Assembly: GCA_964566495.1 (NCBI GenBank)
Contig: CAZMIT010000015.1
Coordinates: forward strand, 1-23,502
From: an uncultured bacterium
Lineage (GTDB): Bacteria; T1Sed10-126
Length of the DNA stretch: 23,502 bases
Reading direction: 5' to 3'
The notes under the pieces are model-generated. The model searched no databases. It was not told the DNA's origin and was given only the letters and a program-made list of their open reading frames with translations. Made by a program: the position numbers and the translations under genes. The stretch's first letter is position 1; every line of letters starts with the position of its first letter. Positions 16,426 to 23,502 of this stretch are shown piece by piece.

Positions 16426-17124
16426 GTGAATGGGATGATTGCTTTTCGTGAAGTCAGTAAAAAGTTTCGCTGCGGCAGCAGCCGGGAACAGCTTTTTAAT
16501 CCGCTGGAAGTCGAGGTAATTAGCGGTCTAAGTTTTGAACACCCGGAGGGCGAACCGCTTTTAGTAACCGGCCCCGCCGGTGCCGGGAAGTCTGTATTTA
16601 TAGATTTGCTGGCTGGCCTTTATCGGCCTGATACGGGGGCAGTTGAGGTTTTTGGCCAGTCACCGGCGAGTAACAGTGAAGTCCGATCAGAGATCGGTAT
16701 TGTTCGTTCTCAACCGATGGAGCTTGACCAGTTTCTCTCCCCACGCCGCAACCTTCAACTGTTAGCCGCCTGGTATGATATTGCCGGTGACGAAGCTCTG
16801 AAGCGGGTTGAGGAAACCCTCGACTACGTGGATATTGAGGCGGGGGCACGCGGTGTTCCCCTGGGCGAACTCTCTCCGGGGGTTATAAATCTTGTTAACA
16901 TAGCAGCCGGCTTAATTCCCTCACCGCGGCTATTGCTTCTTGACGAACCGGCAACCCATCTTGGTCCGACGGCCCGGGATAAATTAAAACAGCTATTGCA
17001 CGGTCTGAATAAGCAGGGGATGACCCTGGTAGTTGCTTCTACCGATGACAGACTGGTTTCTGATTTGGCGGCCCAGCAGCTTCATCTCTCCGAGGGAGAA
17101 AAGGTGAGCGACAGTGTCTCTTAA
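16426..17124 (+). CDS. ABC transporter ATP-binding protein with degenerate signature, D-loop and H-switch
   Basis: Walker A GPAGAGKS and Walker B LLLLDEP are intact. The signature region reads LSPGV, the D-loop ATHLG and the switch VVASTDD. Start may be ATG 16435. Confidence 0.85.
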   Translation: MNGMIAFREVSKKFRCGSSREQLFNPLEVEVISGLSFEHPEGEPLLVTGPAGAGKSVFIDLLAGLYRPDTGAVEVFGQSPASNSEVRSEIGIVRSQPMELDQFLSPRRNLQLLAAWYDIAGDEALKRVEETLDYVDIEAGARGVPLGELSPGVINLVNIAAGLIPSPRLLLLDEPATHLGPTARDKLKQLLHGLNKQGMTLVVASTDDRLVSDLAAQQLHLSEGEKVSDSVS

Positions 17125-17878
17125 ATTACCTACCTATTCACAGGTAAAAGGCTGGTTAGACTGGGAGCTGCAGCGACTTTTAAACCGAAGCTGGCGCGAA
17201 CTGTTCCGGCTGCTTGGGCTTTTGAGCCTCTCCCTGGTATTCATAGTCATTGCCCGCCAGGGCTACGAGAAGATTGTACAGGAGGTTATCATTGGATTTG
17301 TCGGTTTGCTTCTGCTGCATCCCTTTCTGCGTGCCGGTGAGCCCTATGTTCGAGGGGTCATTCCCCGGCGCTGGCTCTCTTCGCCAGTCTCCCTGCAGAT
17401 GCTTGCTTTTTCTGGTGTCTTAGGTCGCTGGTTTTTAAATCTTATCGGACTGGTTGTATTTGTAATAATCCTTTCCCTGGCCGGATTCAGCTTCGCTTTT
17501 TTACTCTCGCCGCTTTACTGGCTGCTCTTTTTGCTGCTGTTGCCCGGCACTCTGGGGCTTGGACTATTTTTCAATGGTCTTGGTCTCTGGGTCGGCGAGC
17601 TGCCCTTCCGTGGTGGTGTCTATCGTGCCATTGAACTCCTCGGAGCTGTATTTTTTCGTCCTTTTCACTTGCCCGCCTGGTTGTATGGTCTCTCCTGGTT
17701 GGTCCCCCACACCTATCTTAATGAGCTGGCTCGGGATCTTACCCTTGCAGCCCACTGGTCGCCGGCCTTCTATATTGTCGGGATTATGGTCAGTTTGGGC
17801 CTTCTCGCCGGAGGAACGGTAATATTTTTCCGCCATCTTGACGATTATATACAGAGTGGGCAAATTTTTCGCAGCTGA
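17114..17878 (+). CDS. ABC-2 type permease-like integral membrane protein
   Basis: About six hydrophobic segments and the ABC-2-like C-terminal pattern LGAVFFRPFHLPAWL...SWLVPHTYLNELAR. Overlaps the ATPase gene. Confidence 0.75.
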   Translation: MSLKLPTYSQVKGWLDWELQRLLNRSWRELFRLLGLLSLSLVFIVIARQGYEKIVQEVIIGFVGLLLLHPFLRAGEPYVRGVIPRRWLSSPVSLQMLAFSGVLGRWFLNLIGLVVFVIILSLAGFSFAFLLSPLYWLLFLLLLPGTLGLGLFFNGLGLWVGELPFRGGVYRAIELLGAVFFRPFHLPAWLYGLSWLVPHTYLNELARDLTLAAHWSPAFYIVGIMVSLGLLAGGTVIFFRHLDDYIQSGQIFRS

Positions 17879-17916
17879 TTGAAATATAACTATTATTTTT
17901 GAGGGATGGAAGATCG

Positions 17917-20900
17917 GTGTATTTAAGTAAAATAGTCCTTGATGGGTTTAAATCCTTTTACACGCGGACAGAGATAAATTTGGACGGTGGTATGACAAAT
18001 ATTGTCGGTCCTAATGGTTGCGGTAAAAGTAATATACTGGACGCCGTCCGCTGGGTGCTTGGTGAGCAGAGCGCTAAACAACTGCGAGGCGAGCGGATCA
18101 GTGACGTTATTTCCAACGGTAATGCCCGCCGAGCTGCAAAACAGCGAGCCACTGCTTACCTGACTTTCTCCAATTGTGAAGAGTTCTTTGGTGAAGCCGA
18201 GATTGAAGTCGGTCGCTCCGTCGACCGTGAGGGCCAGGGGACCTACTATCTTAACGGGGAGGAGGTAAGGCTAAAGGACATACGCAACCTTTTCCGGGAC
18301 ACCGGGATTGGCCAGGATCTTTATTCTGTTATCGGCCAGGGAGAAATTCAGAAGCTAATTCAGAGTAAGCCGGAGGGTCGGCGGGAGATTGTTGAGGAAG
18401 CTGCCGGTGTTGCTACCTTCCATCATCGTCGTCGCCTGACTAAACGTCGGCTGGAACAGACTCGTGAGGATCTCCAGCAGGTAACAAATGATTTGCGCGA
18501 GGACCAAGGGAGACTTTCTCGACTTGAAGGCCAGGCAAAAAAGGCGCGCCGGGTTCGGAAACTTCAGGGTAATCTACGCCAGCATCGACTTGAATATACT
18601 GCTCGCCGCCTCAAAAGTCAACGTCGTAAACTGGGCGAAGTAAAACAGCAGGAAGAAGAGGCGGCACAAGAACATAAAACTATCTCGAAAAAATGTGATC
18701 GCATAAAGGAGCGCCGGGCGCAGGTTAAGCAAAAGTTAGTAGAACTGGAAGATGATCTCAGGTTACTGGAGAAGCAGGTCGGGGATTGCCAGTCCCGTCT
18801 CTCCTCGGAACAGGGCGAGAGCACCCGTCTTGAGACACTTGCCAAAGAAATTTACGATCAGAACCTTGGCGATCGAAAACGCCGCCGTGGTTACCTGGAG
18901 CGGCTCGAAGATAATCTCAAGAGATTGACTACTGCGCACCAAAAATTATATCAAAATCGGCTGGCCGAGACTGTGCTCGCCCGTGAATCAACTGTGTTAA
19001 CTGAACAAGAAAATAAAATGCGCGAGCGTAAGCGCTCCGTCGCCCGGGATTTAGAAGATTTGCGCAGTGATTCTCTCTTTCAAGTCAGTGAGGAGAGTGA
19101 ACACCAGCACCTGGTCAAAGCCCTGGCCGAAGAAAAAGATGAACTCCAGCTTGAAAAACACCAGGCGGAGAAGACAGTTGAACAAATCGCCGAGCAAGTT
19201 CACACGGGGCGTGAAAGGCTGAACACTGTTTACAAAAATTATCTCGATTCGGAAGTTAACCGGGTCGAGATGAAATTAAGGGATGAGATTTTTTCCGAAC
19301 AACAGCGAGCTGTCGAGGAGTTAAATCAACAGGTTAATAAGAAGCTGGACGGTCTGGAGAGAAAAAAAGAAATTTCACTCAGTCGGGATCGGACCCTGAG
19401 CCGTCTGCAATCCAATTATGAAGGGTATTACGACGGCGTTAAAGAGGTTATGCAGTATGTGGATTCCAGTAATCTTGATGGCGTGATTGGTGTGCTGGCC
19501 AACTTGATTGAGGTAGACCCCGACTATCGACGTGCCGTTCAGGCTGCTCTCGGAAGTTACCGGCAGGCGGTGGTAGTTGACGACTTTTCGGTCGCCCGAA
19601 AGCTGCTTGGTTTTGTACTTAAACAAGAGATTGGCCGGCTAACTATTCTCCCCCGCAAATTACCCCTCGAGATGGAAAATTCGGGTTTATCTTCCCAGCT
19701 TCTGGAGGCTCCCGAGGTTTTGAAACCGGCGCGGGCCCCGGTGGAGGCCGATGAGCGTCTCGATTCATTAATTAATTTTTTGCTTGGAAATACTGCCGTC
19801 GTAGAGGATTATTCGTCCGCTCTTGAATTGCTCGCCCGCAACGGCTGCTGCCGGGAGCTAAATCTGGTTAGCCTGGAGGGGGTTGTGCTTGATCCTCCGG
19901 GAGCTATAAAAGGGGGGAGTTTCGAAGGAAACGGCGCCGACATTATCGGTCGTACTGAAGAGTTACGACGTTTGCGTGATCGGCGTTCCCAGCTGACCGG
20001 GCGAATCAAAAAACTGCGCGACGTTCAGCGGCGTCTTGAGCACCTGGCAGACGAGGTGGATTCGCGTCGTCAGCGTGTTCTTGGGGCACTTCGGGGTGTA
20101 AGAGAAGAGTCGCGTGAAAATTATGAAAAGATCAATGGACTGGCTCATCAGCTCTCGAATGCGCGTCGCAAATATGGTGGAGCTTTACAAAAAATAGCGG
20201 AGCTTGAAGAAAAACGGCTGCAAAATAATTATGCCCGCCTGGCTGCCCGGAAAATAGCCGCCACGATTGCGGAACGGGAGCGCCGCCGCCGCCGGCGGCG
20301 TGACCGGCTGCGTGAACAGCTTAAAAGTGAAGAAAAATTGATTGAAAGGATTCAGACTACCTGGCGTTCACTGGAAAAAAATCTCCAGGATGCCCGCACC
20401 GAGCGGCGCCGCGCCGAGGATCGAGTAGAGCAGTTTGAGGCGCGCCGGCTGGAACTGATTGAGGAGATAAAACAAATTGATCTTGGTGAGCGTGATAGAG
20501 GCAACAGGTGGTTAAAAGCCGAAGAAGAGAGAAGCTTTTCCCGTCTTCGCCTGCACCGCTTGCGAGCGGAACGGCAAACTTGGGGTAAACTCCGTTCCGC
20601 TCTCCAGTCCCTGCGTTCGCATCGTCAGCAAAAGCTGGAGGAAGTAAACGAGAACCTGCGTCACATGGAACGCGAACTTGAACGTGGTAAAAATGAATTA
20701 AATCGGCTCAGTAACCGACGGGCTAATCTTGCTGAACGCCGTTCTCGTCAGGAAAAGGTTCTGACCGATGAATTTGATATGGAACCGGATGCGGATCTAT
20801 CGCAAATAGATACCGGGGAAGCAGCTGAGCTTTCCGATGAAAAATTACAGAAAACTATTCGAAAGCTTAAGGATAAACTGCGAGATTTGCAGCCTGTCAA

Positions 20901-21510
20901 CATGCTGGCTGACAAGGAGGTTGAAAAGCTGCGGCAGCAGGTCGATGACGTTTGTGCCCAGAAAGAGGATCTCGAACAGACCTGTGAGAAGCTTGAAGAC
21001 GTAATTTCTCGCCTGAATAGAAAGGCACGCGTTCAGTTCCGGGAGGCTTTTGCTGAGATAAAGGACTACTTTGCTGATTTTGTTGAGGAGCTATTTGGCG
21101 GCGGCCGCGGTAAAATGGAGCTGACCGCTGACCCGATTCTTGAGGCAGGGGTTAAAATTGAAGTCCAACCGCCGGGCGAAAAAATAAAAACTATGTCCGC
21201 TCTCTCGGGGGGCGAGAAATCTCTGGCTTCCATTGCTTTTCTTTTTGCCCTGTTCGAATACAGCCCCACCCCCTTCTGTTTCCTCGATGAGGTGGACGCC
21301 CCTCTCGACCCTGAAAATGTTTCCCAGATGATTAACTTACTACACCGCTATAGTAGTGAAACTCAGTTCGTAATAATTACTCACAACAAAATCACCATGC
21401 AGGCTGCTTCCCAGCTTTTTGGTATTACTATGGAAGAATCCGGCGTTTCTACCGTTGTTGGGCTGGATCTTCCTGAAGCAGAGGAATGGCGTGAGGAGGC
21501 GGTCGGCTAA
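17917..21510 (+). CDS. smc: Chromosome segregation protein Smc
   Basis: GFKSF, Walker [10 protein letters not shown], hinge GX6GX3GG ([13 protein letters not shown]), [23 protein letters not shown] and IITH. Start placed at GTG 17917; TTG 17899 is possible. Confidence 0.95.
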   Translation: MYLSKIVLDGFKSFYTRTEINLDGGMTNIVGPNGCGKSNILDAVRWVLGEQSAKQLRGERISDVISNGNARRAAKQRATAYLTFSNCEEFFGEAEIEVGRSVDREGQGTYYLNGEEVRLKDIRNLFRDTGIGQDLYSVIGQGEIQKLIQSKPEGRREIVEEAAGVATFHHRRRLTKRRLEQTREDLQQVTNDLREDQGRLSRLEGQAKKARRVRKLQGNLRQHRLEYTARRLKSQRRKLGEVKQQEEEAAQEHKTISKKCDRIKERRAQVKQKLVELEDDLRLLEKQVGDCQSRLSSEQGESTRLETLAKEIYDQNLGDRKRRRGYLERLEDNLKRLTTAHQKLYQNRLAETVLARESTVLTEQENKMRERKRSVARDLEDLRSDSLFQVSEESEHQHLVKALAEEKDELQLEKHQAEKTVEQIAEQVHTGRERLNTVYKNYLDSEVNRVEMKLRDEIFSEQQRAVEELNQQVNKKLDGLERKKEISLSRDRTLSRLQSNYEGYYDGVKEVMQYVDSSNLDGVIGVLANLIEVDPDYRRAVQAALGSYRQAVVVDDFSVARKLLGFVLKQEIGRLTILPRKLPLEMENSGLSSQLLEAPEVLKPARAPVEADERLDSLINFLLGNTAVVEDYSSALELLARNGCCRELNLVSLEGVVLDPPGAIKGGSFEGNGADIIGRTEELRRLRDRRSQLTGRIKKLRDVQRRLEHLADEVDSRRQRVLGALRGVREESRENYEKINGLAHQLSNARRKYGGALQKIAELEEKRLQNNYARLAARKIAATIAERERRRRRRRDRLREQLKSEEKLIERIQTTWRSLEKNLQDARTERRRAEDRVEQFEARRLELIEEIKQIDLGERDRGNRWLKAEEERSFSRLRLHRLRAERQTWGKLRSALQSLRSHRQQKLEEVNENLRHMERELERGKNELNRLSNRRANLAERRSRQEKVLTDEFDMEPDADLSQIDTGEAAELSDEKLQKTIRKLKDKLRDLQPVNMLADKEVEKLRQQVDDVCAQKEDLEQTCEKLEDVISRLNRKARVQFREAFAEIKDYFADFVEELFGGGRGKMELTADPILEAGVKIEVQPPGEKIKTMSALSGGEKSLASIAFLFALFEYSPTPFCFLDEVDAPLDPENVSQMINLLHRYSSETQFVIITHNKITMQAASQLFGITMEESGVSTVVGLDLPEAEEWREEAVG

Positions 21511-21512
21511 CA

Positions 21513-21881
21513 ATGGTTCCCGACTGGATCAAAGACTGGTTTTGGAATAATTGGCGTAAAATATTTGCGGGTGCCGCCGCTTTTTTACTGCTTGGCTCAG
21601 CTTATTATTTCATTCAAGTTCAACTGGTTCAACGACAGGAGCGTGTTGAGTCGGTTCGCGCCGTCCAAATGCCTGACTGGCGACCTGACCCCGAAACTGT
21701 AGCTGACGTTTTCGATACTGATTCTCCTCTTCTGCCGCCTCGAGTTGAAGCTCAACCCCCCCTGAAACGGCGATTGGAACCGATTGAAGACCCGGGGCCT
21801 TCTGTTAGAAAAGAAGCCTATAAATTACCCGAATATGAGTTGCAGGAGGCCCCTTCGCTGCTCGGGGCTCCTGTTCAGTAG
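21513..21881 (+). CDS. Hypothetical protein, single N-terminal TM helix and Pro/Glu-rich tail
   Basis: 122 aa ORF 2 bp after smc and 2 bp before the next gene. GAGGAGG lies inside the smc 3' end. No family recognised. Confidence 0.75.
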   Translation: MVPDWIKDWFWNNWRKIFAGAAAFLLLGSAYYFIQVQLVQRQERVESVRAVQMPDWRPDPETVADVFDTDSPLLPPRVEAQPPLKRRLEPIEDPGPSVRKEAYKLPEYELQEAPSLLGAPVQ

Positions 21882-21883
21882 CG

Positions 21884-23502
21884 ATGGACATTAAGATTAT
21901 AGCCAGGTATCTTCTTACGCTTGCGCTTGTTATCACTTTCCTTGTCCAGGGCTATCTTATCCCCGGCAGTGGTGGCCTTTACTGGCGCCGCGCTATAGCT
22001 GTTGGACTGCTTCTGTTGGCCGGTTATTTTCTGCCCGCCATTCTACTCCTGGCCACTGCATTCTTTGCCCTCGTTTCTGACTTCTTTTTTATTGAAGGAA
22101 CTATAAATGCTCTTGATCTGCTCGTCTGGGCGGTCTTTGTTTTGATCCCACTGCTGGGAGAAAAAATTGGCCAAACCCGCGAAAAAGAGGCCGCCGAGAA
22201 AACCAAAAAAACAGGTCAGGAGAAACCAGAAATCAAAAAATCTATGGATAGCTCTTTTTTGCCTGGTCGCTCAGCAGGCGATCTTGACGACGTGGTTGAC
22301 AAGACACGTAATCTGCTGCTCGATCGTTTTAAACGAGCCGCTGATGAGCTCAATCTCGCCAATTTGATTTACTATCATGTGCGGTCTAAAAAAGCTACAG
22401 TTGGTTACGCGTTAAATCGTCACGGAGAAATTAACCGTGACTGCAGCTTTACGCCCGATGTCGGGCAGAGTGTCGGCTGGGTGCTCAGACACGAGAAACC
22501 GCTCAGTCTGCAGGGCCAGAGCCTGGACTGGCGTAATTTACAGTATCACACCAAACCTGTTTCCCTTCAGCGAGTAGAATTTTATCCGGTTTCCTTTCAA
22601 AACGAGTTGATCGGTGTGCTTGTTCTCGAATGGCTTGAACCTGAGCTACCTGCCGAGCAGCGCGTGAAAGAATTTGTGAGCGAAGTTAAAAAAATGTTCA
22701 GTCTAGATTACTCTGTCCGCGATCTGGTCCGCAGTCAGCAGAAGTTGAAGCTACTGGAAAAACTTTACACCGTAAATCCTCTCGCTGGCGAAGATTTCTC
22801 ACAGACCGTGGCCCGGGCCCTGGAATACGTTCGTAATCACCTGCCGGCTAATAATGTGAATTTTTTTCGCCCTGATGATGAACTGGCCGAAGTTTCTCCA
22901 CCGGCCCGGCGTAAAATATACGAGAGCTGTCGCCAGTGGATATTGAATAGTGAAGAAATCCTTCGGATTGATGATGTCCGTCGTGAAAGCCTCTCCGGCG
23001 GCCGGCTGGATAAGTTTGGCCAGGCTGATCTGGTCTCCTTTTTAGGTGGTGCTATAAAACCGCCGGGGGAGGATTGCTACGGCTTAATTTTTCTCGACGC
23101 TGACGAACCTGATTATTTCAAGCGCGCCGATGAAAAAATTTTTAAGCTCTTGCTTAATTACCTGGAGGACTTACTGGAGGTTGCGCGCGACGTGCGCCAG
23201 GCGCGTCAGGATCGGTCGCGCTTGGTTCGGTGGGTGGAAGAAGTAGGGGGGCTGCGGTTTGATCCAGGCCACCAAAATCCGGCCTGTGATGTGATTGACC
23301 TGATTGACGATTACTTTTCACCCGTGGCCTCGGCCCTCTATCACCGGAATAAGTCCCATTTTAAACTTGTTTATGATAAAGGAGCCGAAAATCTGGCTAA
23401 AAAAACTGACGTCGACTCCTCAATAGTTAATCGGGTCGCTGGCACTGAAAAGGATATTTTGACAATACCTGATGCGACCAAATTTACAGGTTTTGAGCCG
23501 CC
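21884..23502 (+). CDS. Membrane-bound multi-GAF sensor protein, 3'-truncated by the window (at least 539 aa)
   Basis: Manual translation from ATG 21884 (MDIKIIARYLLTLALV...) has no stop to the window end. It has 3-4 N-terminal TM helices and a charged linker, then GAF-like segments SVGWVLRHEKPL...YPVSFQNELIGVLVLE and WILNSEEILRIDD...SFLGGAI...YGLIFLDADEPDYF...D, and the probable start of a third. Confidence 0.8.
   Translation, partial: MDIKIIARYLLTLALVITFLVQGYLIPGSGGLYWRRAIAVGLLLLAGYFLPAILLLATAFFALVSDFFFIEGTINALDLLVWAVFVLIPLLGEKIGQTREKEAAEKTKKTGQEKPEIKKSMDSSFLPGRSAGDLDDVVDKTRNLLLDRFKRAADELNLANLIYYHVRSKKATVGYALNRHGEINRDCSFTPDVGQSVGWVLRHEKPLSLQGQSLDWRNLQYHTKPVSLQRVEFYPVSFQNELIGVLVLEWLEPELPAEQRVKEFVSEVKKMFSLDYSVRDLVRSQQKLKLLEKLYTVNPLAGEDFSQTVARALEYVRNHLPANNVNFFRPDDELAEVSPPARRKIYESCRQWILNSEEILRIDDVRRESLSGGRLDKFGQADLVSFLGGAIKPPGEDCYGLIFLDADEPDYFKRADEKIFKLLLNYLEDLLEVARDVRQARQDRSRLVRWVEEVGGLRFDPGHQNPACDVIDLIDDYFSPVASALYHRNKSHFKLVYDKGAENLAKKTDVDSSIVNRVAGTEKDILTIPDATKFTGFEP

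Noticed and set aside
17917..21510. Wadjet/MksBEF, SbcCD or other defence-type SMC system
   Set aside because: The protein has a canonical Smc hinge and head motifs, and no jetABD/mksEF, nuclease or sbcD gene is adjacent.

Overview
Core chromosomal region of a diderm (Lpt-encoding) bacterium whose proteins are often E/D-rich. The + strand starts with a one-piece tmRNA (46-427) and continues as a tightly packed run: amidase, GerMN protein, lptC, lptA, lptB, rpoN, hpf, EIIA, rapZ, yvcK/glmR, HPr, EI and PGI/PMI. It meets head-on a - strand unit: phosphomannomutase, serS, a SigH/SigR-like ECF sigma factor and a zinc anti-sigma. An approximately 820 bp non-coding gap (15603-16425) holds divergent sigma70-like promoters, many hairpins, CGTC-tagged REP-like palindromes and a 113 bp tandem duplication. 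A second + strand unit follows: a motif-degenerate ABC ATPase, an ABC-2 permease, Smc with strikingly Arg-rich arms, a small membrane-anchored hypothetical protein and a membrane multi-GAF protein. The last ORF runs off the window end and is absent from the ORF track. I see no CRISPR, transposase, integrase or phage gene. The least explained items are the structured intergenic element, the degenerate ABC/basic Smc unit and a probable ATT start for lptA. All calls are by eye from motifs; no searches were run.
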